This document shows positions 38,338 through 47,839 of a DNA stretch of 64,000 nt, piece by piece. A program made the position numbers and the translations under genes. The notes beneath the pieces are model-generated. The model did not search any database. It saw only the letters and a list, made by a program, of their open reading frames with translations, and was not told the origin of the DNA. How positions within the stretch are numbered: the stretch's first letter is position 1; every line of letters begins with the position of its first letter. Source of the DNA: Faecalibacterium prausnitzii (lineage in GTDB: Bacteria > Bacteroidota > Bacteroidia > Bacteroidales > Bacteroidaceae); assembly GCA_963611255.1 (NCBI GenBank), contig CAVDQB010000002.1, positions 43,375 to 107,374 of the forward strand, given 5' to 3'.

Positions 38338-40644
38338 TCAGAACGGATAACCCACCGCCAGATGCAGGCTCTGGCAGTCGCGGAACCGTTGAATATTGAA
38401 GAAACCTGACTTCCCGGTATCATAGGGAATGTGCAGTCCGATGCCCCAATCAACCCTTATGACAAAGAAATCCATGTCATAACGGATGCCTATGCCGGTG
38501 CCTACAGCCATGTCACGCACAAGGCTTTTCCACTTGAATACAGACTCTGCACCTCTGTAACCGTTGTCCTGCAATGCCCAGACATTGCCGGCATCGAGAA
38601 ACACGGCACCGTAGAGGCTGCCGAAAAAGTGCGGTCTGTACTCCAGATTGGCAACAAACTTCACGTCACCGGTCTGGTCGAGATAGGACAGTCCGGCCTC
38701 ATCGGCGTGGTAGCGTCCTGGTCCTATGGCACGGACGGTGAACGCACGGACACTGTTTGCGCCTCCCACATAAAACTGTTCGGAATAAGGCGCACCGCTG
38801 GAGTTGCCGTAACTCCATATCACTCCGGCGTTGATGTGACCCACGAGGTCGGTGTGCTCGCCGACATGCCACTTCTTTGTAAAGTCCGTTTCCGCCTTGA
38901 GGAATTGTGCGTATGGGTTTTTCACGAGTTTCTTGTCCTTCTTCGTCCAGCCCTCACCGCCGATCATGTATCCCAGAGAGAGCAGGTTCGCCGACTCGGA
39001 AAAGGTGCTTTCCCACGTTATAGGGTTCTTGTATCTTGAGGGAGAGGAGTATATGTAGGTGTAACGGAGTTTGGGAATGAACTGGTCTGCCATGGATACT
39101 TTCAGGTAAGGATTGGCGTTCATGATGGATTCAAACTCCTTTGTCATGCGGTTCATGTAGTCGTATTCCAGGACGAGAGGCGAGAAAATGTGCTTCTCGT
39201 AGGCCCGAGGCTGGATTGTGTAGGTCAGTTCCCCGGCCATGATATGGCGGTTGAAGTAGTTTCCACGGTTCATGACGCGGTTGGAAGCCTTTATTACTGT
39301 CGTCGGCGCAGCATACCAACGGTTGTGCTTGAACGGCGGACAGAGCAGTCGGGGAAGTTCGAGAGTGAGGTCAGTTCCGTACTCATAGGAGTTGACACCC
39401 ACCGCTGATGACGAGCCGCTGCCGCCGGTCTGCCATTCGATGGAGCCCGAAAGGTTGAGCGAAATTTTCTCACCGTAGCGGAAAGCGTTGCGTCTTGAGA
39501 ATGTCAACTCCGCTCCCGGACCTATGCGGCTGGAAGTCTTGCCTGTGAATTTGCCCTCAAGTGAGATATCGTAAGGTTTGTTAAACACGCAGTCAATAGT
39601 CATGTCAAGCGTATCACACGACGCCGTCGTGTCACGCGGAGCAAAGCGGAAGTCCACCGAAGAGAAGTTCTCATTGGCGGTCAAACGCGACAACGACTCG
39701 GTGTAGGCTGCCTCACTGAAAGCCCTGTGGGGCCTGAGGCGTACGTCAGCCAGTATGATGCGCGGGCGGACAGGTGTCTTCTTGCCCTTGAAATGCACCG
39801 TCAGTCCATGGCGGTGCATAGAGTCCGGCGTAGCACGGTCATACTGTTTGCGGAAGTAAATGTCCGTTTTGCCAAGATACCACTTCTTTGTCACCTTTGT
39901 GTCAAGGGAGTCTGACAACTGCAGGCGCAGTCTGACCTGCCCCGGACTTGCCAGCGTGTCAGCGAGATAAGAGGAGTATCCCGACTGGTAATAGTAGTAT
40001 CCGTGGTTGCGGAAGAGCGTGCTCAACCGTTGGCGTTCCAAGTCGAGGTTGGCGACACTGAACCCGTCGCCGTCGTGTAAATACGCCTCCTGCCGCGTGA
40101 CACATATCAGAGAATCCATCTCTTGAGGATATCCCATGTACCTTATACTGTCGAGCGTGAACAGGTGCCCCATGTCCACGGTGTAGGCAATCTTCCCTTT
40201 CTTTGGGTTCTTCATGGTCAGTTCCTCGTAATCAACACTCCCCCGGAAGTATCCGTTGTTGGCAAGGGCAGTCTGAGCCACCTTGGCACGCGTCGCCGGA
40301 TTGACATTTGACATGAGCACAGGCTGTACAGCAAATGTCTTGTTCAGCCAACGTGCCATCCACGAAGTCTTGCCTTCGGTGGCATTCCATACCCAAAGTC
40401 GCCACGGAAAGGGTGTCCTGTAATAGGAACTGCCGAAGAGTGCGCCGTTCGGAGCGGTAGCCAACGCAGCCTCGATTTCCTCCTGGGTATCGATGAAATG
40501 ACGGTTGTTGTCGGCATTGACGTATTTAGTCGGCTTCAGTCCGATGTAGAGTTGTTCTTCATCATCCAAGGCTGAGGTGGATGAACATCCTGCAACCACG
40601 ATGGCAAGACACAACAGTGCGATATGTTTAATGGCTCTTATCAT
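38338..40644 (-). CDS. Omp85/BamA-family outer-membrane protein, lipidated TamA-like (TamL-type)
   Basis: Start at MIRAIKHIALLCLAIVVAGCSS (lipobox), 7 nt after the tamB stop. C-terminal Omp85 barrel (surface antigen D15 pattern, ends ...LAVGYPF). Confidence 0.8.
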   Translation of the reverse strand: MIRAIKHIALLCLAIVVAGCSSTSALDDEEQLYIGLKPTKYVNADNNRHFIDTQEEIEAALATAPNGALFGSSYYRTPFPWRLWVWNATEGKTSWMARWLNKTFAVQPVLMSNVNPATRAKVAQTALANNGYFRGSVDYEELTMKNPKKGKIAYTVDMGHLFTLDSIRYMGYPQEMDSLICVTRQEAYLHDGDGFSVANLDLERQRLSTLFRNHGYYYYQSGYSSYLADTLASPGQVRLRLQLSDSLDTKVTKKWYLGKTDIYFRKQYDRATPDSMHRHGLTVHFKGKKTPVRPRIILADVRLRPHRAFSEAAYTESLSRLTANENFSSVDFRFAPRDTTASCDTLDMTIDCVFNKPYDISLEGKFTGKTSSRIGPGAELTFSRRNAFRYGEKISLNLSGSIEWQTGGSGSSSAVGVNSYEYGTDLTLELPRLLCPPFKHNRWYAAPTTVIKASNRVMNRGNYFNRHIMAGELTYTIQPRAYEKHIFSPLVLEYDYMNRMTKEFESIMNANPYLKVSMADQFIPKLRYTYIYSSPSRYKNPITWESTFSESANLLSLGYMIGGEGWTKKDKKLVKNPYAQFLKAETDFTKKWHVGEHTDLVGHINAGVIWSYGNSSGAPYSEQFYVGGANSVRAFTVRAIGPGRYHADEAGLSYLDQTGDVKFVANLEYRPHFFGSLYGAVFLDAGNVWALQDNGYRGAESVFKWKSLVRDMAVGTGIGIRYDMDFFVIRVDWGIGLHIPYDTGKSGFFNIQRFRDCQSLHLAVGYPF

Positions 40645-40651
40645 TCTGTTT

Positions 40652-43600
40652 TCACTTTTTTCCGTCCTTCGTGTCAGAGCCTGCCACGATGCTGTCTGAC
40701 GATGCCGGTCGTGCGGAAGTCTTGCGCCGGAACAGTTCGGAAAGGCTCTGCAGCCTGCGTTTCCACACCACACCGACACCATACTGTCCCACATAGCCCT
40801 CGAGGAAGTCGTATGTGGCACGGTCATAGAACAGCCTCAGATTGGTGTTCGCATTCTTGTCGAGGCGGTATTCGAGTGCAACATTGTCGAAAATGTTTTC
40901 CGCACTCGTCTGCGTAGAGGACACCTTGCCGCCGACGACAACACGGATGCGGTTACCCCAGAAACGTTTCGCAAACTTGAACGTGTAGTCCGTGTGCAGT
41001 GTGCCGGTGGCATCCGTTGAGTTGTCGAGGCCTATCGAGAGGTCGAGAGTGCGCAGCGCAGCGGACGAAATGTTGTTTATCTCGTTCTGCAAGAACGAAC
41101 TCAATGCGTCGTTCATGGAGAAAGCGGACAGGTTGTTGTCGGAAAGATACATCCCGGTGGTAAGCATCGTGACGGCAATCTTGCCTCTCTCCTCTTTCGA
41201 CATGGTCTGCAACTCGTTGTTGACGGTCATGTCTTCCGGCGCATTAACAATGAACTCAAGTCCCATGTCATTTAGAGTCTGGGTAATGACAACGCCGCAG
41301 TTGAACACCACGCTGCGTGTTGTGCCGTCGGCATTGACACCTGTCTTCGTGGTCTCAGTGGCGGTAATGTTGAGTTTGGGGTTCATTACATCGCCGGTAA
41401 ACTCCACATACGACCCGTTCTGAATGGTGAATGTCTTCAGCGGAATGACAGGAAGCGAATACTTCATCTCACCGCTGTTCACAGTGTAACGGCCTGTGAG
41501 GCGCAGTTCGTCCTGGCTGTAGATCATGCGGAGGTCTCCCCCACCCATCATGTCAAGGTAGTTGGACTTGGTGGCATTGAGTGCGCAGAACACCCTCGCG
41601 CCGTCGTTAACCGACACGGCAAGATCCATATAGAGTCCCTCAATGGGCGGACGCGCCACGCTTGCCTCCTCTTTACCGTTGAAATCGGTGAACTTCACCA
41701 GTTCGCCAAGCCTGTTGTCGGTAGTCAAAGGAGTGTCACGCATTATATAGGTCATGTCCGTCGAACCGAGGACATCGAGTTTTCCGTTTATACGGAGAGC
41801 CGCTACCGGTCCCGTCATGTTGGCGTTGAAGTTGACGTAGGTCTTGCCGAACACCTCACTTCTGCGGTTCTCCTTGGAGTCGACAAGCAGGAAGTTGCGT
41901 GCGTTCATGCGCACGTTCATCGCGACATTGTCCATGTCGGAAAAGTCGATATTGCCGTTCATGACAAGCGGTTGCGAGTTGTTGGCGTACATATTGAAGT
42001 TGTCAAGCAACAGTTTGCTGTCCTTTATGTAGACCGCACGGTCGTCAAACCTCAGTTCAACGCCGTAGGGGACGCTCTCGATATACGCCGAGTCAAGATC
42101 CACTTCGCCGTCAATCTTCATCGCTGTCAACGGGCCTCGTATCTTCAGAGTACCGTCGCCGTAACCTTCAAGCCCTATCAGTTGATCCGGCATGAAACCG
42201 TTGACAAGGTTAAGAGGCAGTTTTTCGAGGTCTATGTCGGCATCAAGCGTTTCCTCGCCAGCCACAGTCTTGTAAGTTCCCTTGACCGTTCCGATGTCGT
42301 TGCCGTTATGGGTCAATATACCGTCAACATAGTGTCCGTCATCCTCAAGAGGTATATACACGAACTCCGTGGACAGATCTCCCATGGGGCAACCCTCGTA
42401 GTAGAGGTCATCAATGCCGAGAGATGTTGACACGGAGAGTTCCGCAGGAGTCTGTATAACGTGGAAATCACCGTTCATGATTCCCTGAAGATGTGGGAAA
42501 TAAGGTATGATGCCTGTAATGGAAGACAGGTCAAGGTGATGCACTCCCAGCGTCAAATCCTGCAAAGCATCAAGGTTTTCATCGTTGCTGAACAGTTGAA
42601 TACCCGTACCGTCACTCGCCTTCAGTTCCATGCTTGCGGACACCCGGCTGTCGTCACCGACAAGGACATAACTGCCTTTAGACGCCTTGAAATCACGGTA
42701 ACCCAATATCATGTCGTCTTCAGTGAACCCGATGCGGATGCCGTTAGGTTCAAACGAGGCCTTGAGACCAGTCTGTATGCCTACCTTGTCCTTGTCATCA
42801 CGGAGAACCAAGTTGATATTGCTGCCAGCCTCTATTATACTTCCGTCGAGCAAAGCATTGAAACAATACTGGGGATTGTCCTTCTCGTTCTTCACCTGAC
42901 AATGGTATCTGAAGCCCAGACTGTCGGTAACGAGTTCCAACCTGGACTTGTCCAACTGCATACCGCTGGCTACAAGGGAGTCAATCTGCACATATCCGTT
43001 GAGACCTGACACCGGCGAACTCGATATGTTCGCATCTATTCCGCGGAAAGGGAAACCCATTCTCCGGGCGTAATCATACACAAAATTGTCTTTGCCGGAG
43101 TGCAAGACGATATGTCCGACAGGCAATACCTGCCTCAGGGAGTCCTGCGATATGTACTTGCGCGCTATCTGCCGGTTGAGTTCATCGGCAAGTTTGTCGG
43201 CGAGACTGATGATATCACGGTAACCGCCACTTGTCGCCATATCGAGCCCGAAGTCGCCACTTGCCACCTTGACCCATGTGGTATCACGGTCGGTAAGGGC
43301 GTCCATGTTGAGTTCTTCGGTACGGAACACAGAGGAAGAGTCCCTGACCGTGACATCGCTTACGAAGCCGTTGACCTTGTAGTAGTCCTCCATATCGCCG
43401 GCAACATCCATGTGAGCGCAGAGCGAAGCGGCGAGCGGGGCTTCGGAAAGTCCCATTCCGTAGAAATCGGCATTGACGAGTTCGCAGGCAAGAGTGGCTT
43501 TCAGGTCTTTCCTGCCGAGGAGTGCATCCAACGAAATATTGCCTCTAAGCAAACTGTTGGCGCTGTTGATGGCGGAGTGTACGACACCGTTGCGGAGATC

Positions 43601-45259
43601 CAGCGTCGCCGTTGTTCCGGACAAATCAATGTTTTCATATCCGAACTTGGAAATCTCCGCATCGGCAGACAGGTGTGTCGACTTGGAAAGGATGTCCGTT
43701 CCCGACCCTTTCACCTTTACTCTGGCACTGAGAGGGGTGACATTCATGCCAGGCAAGAACTTCCGCAGAGGCATATTGTTAGCAACAACTGCAGCATTGT
43801 ATGTCATGTTGTCCACATTGCAAACGCCGTTGAGAGACATCCAACCGCCACCGTGCGCCAGGCGGAGGTTGGCTTTGTATGAAGAGCCATCAGCGCCAAC
43901 CGCACCTTTCATCTTGATTCCAGACGGTATTCTGACCGTCTTTGCCGTGGCAGGATCAAGGAAAGAAGAGGTGACAAAGCCAAGATTGTAAGTGGAAACA
44001 TCAATGTCAAGGTTGGCAAGGAGGTCGTCTGTCTCCAGCACGTTGAGTACATAACCGCTGGCAGTGGCATTGAACGCCGTGGGCAACTCGGCTTTCAGGC
44101 TGTTGACGTCCATGCGTTTCGCATTGCCGTTGACATCCATTTCAACGGACAAAGGATAGTGCGGCCATGACGCCTTCAACCTTTCCGGCAAAGCGGAGGC
44201 AAACGTCATGATGTCGTTTTTCCCGATTTGGGCTTCCGCTTTCAGCGAGAACTGGCCGGGATTGGTGTTGTCAAAGGCGTTCATGTCCATTGACAAAGAG
44301 GTATGCAGGTTGGAATAAGGGGTCGACGCCGACAGTGCCGGTATATGTAAAGACGTGGAATCCATTTTCACGACACCCGAAAGACCGTTCAACTGAAGAC
44401 CGCTTTTTTCCTTCATTTTTGCCGAGTGGATTTTCAAATAGAGGTCGGGGGCACGGTAACTCAAAGTGTCAAGGCGCACGGCAACGTCACTCAGGGCGAT
44501 GTGGTTGTAGTCGACACCTTTGGCAAAAGGTTCGAAACGGTTGTCATAGGTTATGTCACCAAATGCCAAGTCGACCGCACCCAACTGGTACAAACCCTCA
44601 AACAGGTCAAAATTTCCGTTTCTTGCGGTTGCCGAGGCAATGTCAACTCCGACAGCGAGGGTGTCACCGGGCATGGAGACTGCCACCTTCGTACGCTTCA
44701 CTTGAAGGGTGTTGAGCCTTATTTTCCAACGGTTTTCAGTTTTGGAAGTGTCCGTTTTCGCCGTGTCACTCAACTGTACATCAACGTCGGCACCGTTGAG
44801 CGAAACACGGTCGAGCACCACATTCTGCGCTCCAAGGTCTATGTCGGCAACAAGACGCAGGGCGTCCACGCTACCTTTTACATGAGTATCGGAAATGAAA
44901 TCGACGGTGTTAATCTTCGCGGAACGTATGTCAAGTTCCCCGACCTCAACATTTCCACTCAGCAAGGGAAGAAAACGGACATCAACAACGGTCTTCCCGA
45001 TGTCAGCAATGGTGTCTTTCTGTTGCGGCAAACTGTCGTTCGGAGCGATGACTTTAACATCGCTGACAAGCAAATCGAGAGGAAAGGAGAGGTCAACACG
45101 CCCGACACTGATTTCCATTCCCGTCTTTTCCGAAGCGTAAGAGACCACTTGCCCGGTAATCCACCTCTGGAACGGCGGAAAATAGAACAGCATTGCAAGA
45201 ATCAAAAACAATGCAACGGGAACGAGCAATATCCCTACGGCTATCTTCAGAACTCTCAT
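40652..45259 (-). CDS. tamB: Translocation and assembly module protein TamB (AsmA-like, 1535 aa)
   Basis: N-terminal signal-anchor, a very long beta-rich body and a DUF490-like C-terminus. Directly upstream of the Omp85 partner. Confidence 0.8.
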   Translation of the reverse strand: MRVLKIAVGILLVPVALFLILAMLFYFPPFQRWITGQVVSYASEKTGMEISVGRVDLSFPLDLLVSDVKVIAPNDSLPQQKDTIADIGKTVVDVRFLPLLSGNVEVGELDIRSAKINTVDFISDTHVKGSVDALRLVADIDLGAQNVVLDRVSLNGADVDVQLSDTAKTDTSKTENRWKIRLNTLQVKRTKVAVSMPGDTLAVGVDIASATARNGNFDLFEGLYQLGAVDLAFGDITYDNRFEPFAKGVDYNHIALSDVAVRLDTLSYRAPDLYLKIHSAKMKEKSGLQLNGLSGVVKMDSTSLHIPALSASTPYSNLHTSLSMDMNAFDNTNPGQFSLKAEAQIGKNDIMTFASALPERLKASWPHYPLSVEMDVNGNAKRMDVNSLKAELPTAFNATASGYVLNVLETDDLLANLDIDVSTYNLGFVTSSFLDPATAKTVRIPSGIKMKGAVGADGSSYKANLRLAHGGGWMSLNGVCNVDNMTYNAAVVANNMPLRKFLPGMNVTPLSARVKVKGSGTDILSKSTHLSADAEISKFGYENIDLSGTTATLDLRNGVVHSAINSANSLLRGNISLDALLGRKDLKATLACELVNADFYGMGLSEAPLAASLCAHMDVAGDMEDYYKVNGFVSDVTVRDSSSVFRTEELNMDALTDRDTTWVKVASGDFGLDMATSGGYRDIISLADKLADELNRQIARKYISQDSLRQVLPVGHIVLHSGKDNFVYDYARRMGFPFRGIDANISSSPVSGLNGYVQIDSLVASGMQLDKSRLELVTDSLGFRYHCQVKNEKDNPQYCFNALLDGSIIEAGSNINLVLRDDKDKVGIQTGLKASFEPNGIRIGFTEDDMILGYRDFKASKGSYVLVGDDSRVSASMELKASDGTGIQLFSNDENLDALQDLTLGVHHLDLSSITGIIPYFPHLQGIMNGDFHVIQTPAELSVSTSLGIDDLYYEGCPMGDLSTEFVYIPLEDDGHYVDGILTHNGNDIGTVKGTYKTVAGEETLDADIDLEKLPLNLVNGFMPDQLIGLEGYGDGTLKIRGPLTAMKIDGEVDLDSAYIESVPYGVELRFDDRAVYIKDSKLLLDNFNMYANNSQPLVMNGNIDFSDMDNVAMNVRMNARNFLLVDSKENRRSEVFGKTYVNFNANMTGPVAALRINGKLDVLGSTDMTYIMRDTPLTTDNRLGELVKFTDFNGKEEASVARPPIEGLYMDLAVSVNDGARVFCALNATKSNYLDMMGGGDLRMIYSQDELRLTGRYTVNSGEMKYSLPVIPLKTFTIQNGSYVEFTGDVMNPKLNITATETTKTGVNADGTTRSVVFNCGVVITQTLNDMGLEFIVNAPEDMTVNNELQTMSKEERGKIAVTMLTTGMYLSDNNLSAFSMNDALSSFLQNEINNISSAALRTLDLSIGLDNSTDATGTLHTDYTFKFAKRFWGNRIRVVVGGKVSSTQTSAENIFDNVALEYRLDKNANTNLRLFYDRATYDFLEGYVGQYGVGVVWKRRLQSLSELFRRKTSARPASSDSIVAGSDTKDGKK

Positions 45260-45278
45260 GTGACAGGGGCAAATACTG

Positions 45279-45962
45279 TTATGTCTTTTCCGCCGAGGCG
45301 GTTATGTCTCTCCACAAGTTGTCGTCGATGACAGGAGCAACTATGTCTATGTTTTCTTTGGAAACAGGATGCACGAATTGGATGCGCCGTGCCAGCAGCG
45401 ATATGCTGCCGTCGGGATTGCTCCGTTGCGCCCCATATTTAAGGTCGCCCTTTATGGGACAGCCTATGGAAGCCAACTGGCAACGGATCTGGTGGTGCCG
45501 TCCCGTAAGGAGATTTATCTCCAACAGCGAGTAGTTGTCGGTATTCCCGATGAGCCGATAGGTCAAAACCGCTTTCTTTGAGCCGGGAACTTCGTGGTCG
45601 TAACTGTAACTCTTGTTCTGCTTCTCGTTCCTGACGAGCCATGAAGTTATGGTGTCTTCCGCCGCAGGGGGACGGTTCTTGGTTATCGCCCAATAGGTTT
45701 TGTGCACGTCACCACGACGGAACATCTCGGAAAGACGCGACAAAGCCTTGGATGTTTTGGCAAAAAGGACAAGCCCCGACACAGGCCTGTCAAGACGGTG
45801 CACCACGCCGAGGAAAACATTCCCCGGCTTATGGTACACCTCTTTTATGTATCTCTTCACGGTTTCAGACAACGGTTCGTCACCCGTCTTGTCCCCTTGG
45901 ACAATCTCACCGCTACTTTTTGAGACTATTATAATATGGTTGTCTTCGTAAACGACTTTCAT
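45279..45962 (-). CDS. RluA-family pseudouridine synthase
   Basis: Motif HRLDRPVSGLVLFAKT, 227 aa. Confidence 0.85.
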   Translation of the reverse strand: MKVVYEDNHIIIVSKSSGEIVQGDKTGDEPLSETVKRYIKEVYHKPGNVFLGVVHRLDRPVSGLVLFAKTSKALSRLSEMFRRGDVHKTYWAITKNRPPAAEDTITSWLVRNEKQNKSYSYDHEVPGSKKAVLTYRLIGNTDNYSLLEINLLTGRHHQIRCQLASIGCPIKGDLKYGAQRSNPDGSISLLARRIQFVHPVSKENIDIVAPVIDDNLWRDITASAEKT

Positions 45963-46023
45963 TTGTCACTTCTACCAACAGCCTGATACGTTACATAAAA
46001 TACAGATTGTGCAGACGCTATGC

Positions 46024-46782
46024 CTACATGTTCATGCCGCCGTCAATCTGTATAACCTGACCGCTCACATAACTTGACATGTCGGAAGCGAGGAACAGGC
46101 ACACATTGGCGATATCTTCCACCTGACCTCCGCGACGGAGCGGTATCTTGGACATCCAGCCTTTTCTCACGTCTTCAGGCAGTTGTGCGGTCATGGCAGT
46201 CTCTATGAAGCCCGGAGCGACAGCGTTGGCACGCACCCCCTTGGGACCGAGTTCCTGGGCAATGGACTTCGCCAGACCTATCATACCGGCTTTTGAAGCC
46301 GAGTAGTTGCACTGTCCGGCGTTGCCGTGCACGCCAACCACCGACGACATGTTGATGATTGAACCGCTGCGCTGACGCAACATGACAGGCGCACAGGCAT
46401 GGATGAAATTGAAAGCGGACTTCAGGTTAACTGACAAAACGGCGTCCCACTGGGCCTCGCTCATCCTCAGCATCAAACCGTCCTTGGTAATTCCGGCGTT
46501 GTTTACAAGGATATCTATCGAACCGAAGTCCTCATGTATCTTCTTTACAACTGCATCCGTCTCTGCGAAATCAGCGGCGTTGCCCGCGTAAGCACGGCAT
46601 GTCACGCCGAGAGACTCTATCTCCTTGCGTGTCGCTTCCATGCCCGCAGCCATGTCATCATTCAATACGAGATCGGTAAAGGCTATATTCGCACCCTCCG
46701 ACGCAAATTTCATTGCCACGGCTTTTCCTATGCCGCGCGCCGCACCAGTTATAAGTGCGGTCTTACCTGACAGTAATCCCAT
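46024..46782 (-). CDS. fabG: 3-oxoacyl-[ACP] reductase
   Basis: SDR motifs TGAARGIG, NNAG and YSASK, with high overall FabG likeness. Confidence 0.9.
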   Translation of the reverse strand: MGLLSGKTALITGAARGIGKAVAMKFASEGANIAFTDLVLNDDMAAGMEATRKEIESLGVTCRAYAGNAADFAETDAVVKKIHEDFGSIDILVNNAGITKDGLMLRMSEAQWDAVLSVNLKSAFNFIHACAPVMLRQRSGSIINMSSVVGVHGNAGQCNYSASKAGMIGLAKSIAQELGPKGVRANAVAPGFIETAMTAQLPEDVRKGWMSKIPLRRGGQVEDIANVCLFLASDMSSYVSGQVIQIDGGMNM

Positions 46783-46801
46783 CGTAAATATTTATTTGGT
46801 T

Positions 46802-47422
46802 CTATTTGATTCGGTTCTTTTCAGCAGCCTTGCCCAATGCGCCATACACAACTTTCGCCACAAGCGGTTTGCTGGCTTCCTCGCTCAGACCGGGAGCAAT
46901 GCGTCCGTAGATGAAGGGGACTTCAAGGCCCTTGATGCAGTAATGGGTGATGTCAGCGACCAACTCGATGTTGTCTATATCGAAATCGCCGCTCGCATTG
47001 CCCTCCGCATAAGCCTTTCTGAAAATACGGAGTTCCTCGTCGTCAAAGTTCTTGCGCACCTTTTCCACCATCCAGATGTTCCTGAAGAACTCCGCACGCA
47101 GGTTTCCGTTTCTCACAACGGTCTCCCTTATCATTGTCAAATGGGTGTAGATGAGTTCTATGACCTTGTCCAACGGACTGATGTTCCTTGACGCCACCTC
47201 GTCCAACTTGTCAGACAGACGTTCCAGTTCCGACTCTATCACCGTGGAGAAAATCTCCTCCTTACTATTAAAATAGGTGTAGAGAGTCCGCCTGCCCTTG
47301 CCTGACGCCACGGCAATGTCATTCATCGTTGTGTTGGCAAAACCCTGTTTGGCAAACAACAGCCTTGCCACATCAATCAGTTTTTGGCGCGTCTTGGATA
47401 TAGACATAGTCGTTACATTCAA
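46802..47422 (-). CDS. TetR/AcrR-family transcriptional regulator
   Basis: N-terminal TetR HTH (ARLLFAKQGFANTTMNDIAVASGKGRRTLYTYF). 19 nt upstream of fabG. Confidence 0.85.
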   Translation of the reverse strand: MNVTTMSISKTRQKLIDVARLLFAKQGFANTTMNDIAVASGKGRRTLYTYFNSKEEIFSTVIESELERLSDKLDEVASRNISPLDKVIELIYTHLTMIRETVVRNGNLRAEFFRNIWMVEKVRKNFDDEELRIFRKAYAEGNASGDFDIDNIELVADITHYCIKGLEVPFIYGRIAPGLSEEASKPLVAKVVYGALGKAAEKNRIK

Positions 47423-47427
47423 TCAAA

Positions 47428-47455
47428 TTGCACATCCCATTTAACTTGTGCAAAG
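47428..47455. promoter_or_regulatory. Palindromic operator candidate overlapping the tetR-fabG promoter
   Basis: TTGCACA-tCCCATTTAact-TGTGCAA. The right arm overlaps the -7 box (TATCTTTG on the minus strand). Near-identical site at 29604-29633. Confidence 0.6.
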
Positions 47456-47481
47456 ATACTGTTTTTATAATGCGCAGCAAA
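47451..47481 (-). promoter_or_regulatory. -33 TTTG / -7 TATCTTTG promoter for the tetR-fabG operon
   Basis: On the minus strand TTTG (47478-47481) is separated by 19 nt from TATCTTTG (47451-47458). Confidence 0.65.
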
Positions 47482-47539
47482 AGGATAGCGACAAAAAGTA
47501 AGACAGAACGCCTGTTTTTCGAAAAAACACGGCGGATAA

Positions 47540-47571
47540 TTTGTTTATATGACAAAAAAGGCGTACCTTTG
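47540..47571 (+). promoter_or_regulatory. -33 TTTG / -7 TACCTTTG promoter for tRNA-Met
   Basis: TTTG at 47540-47543, a 20-nt spacer, then TACCTTTG at 47564-47571. The tRNA starts at 47616. Confidence 0.65.
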
Positions 47572-47615
47572 CACCGCAATTAGGAAATCAATCCTTGTTC
47601 ATTGCAATGTAATAT

Positions 47616-47688
47616 CGCGGAGTGGAGCAGTTGGTAGCTCGCCAGGCTCATAACCTGGAGGTCGCATGTTCGAGTCCTGCCTCCGCAA
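47616..47688 (+). tRNA. tRNA-Met (anticodon CAU), initiator-like
   Basis: C1:A72 mismatch (CGCGGAG...CTCCGCA), A11:U24 pair, anticodon loop CTCATAA, T-loop TTCGAGT. Has its own -33/-7 promoter and terminator. Confidence 0.85.
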
Positions 47689-47699
47689 CACAGAAAGTC

Positions 47700-47737
47700 G
47701 TAGCCGTTTGAGAAGACAACGCGTTACGGCTTTTTTC
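47700..47737 (+). terminator. Rho-independent terminator after tRNA-Met
   Basis: AGCCGT...ACGGCT stem followed by TTTTTT. Confidence 0.65.
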
Positions 47738-47839
47738 GTTGAATAAGCGCCGGTTTTCCTTTGTTTGAATAGCGGCCGATGCATCCTCGCATCAAACACC
47801 AAGCATGCAATTCTTCCCTTCTAACACAGCAACGGCTAT

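Noticed and set aside
40645-40827. N-terminal extension of the Omp85-family ORF (track start at 40827).
   Set aside because: The extension overlaps the 3' end of tamB and has no signal peptide. The internal Met at 40644 gives a classical lipoprotein signal sequence 7 nt after the tamB stop.
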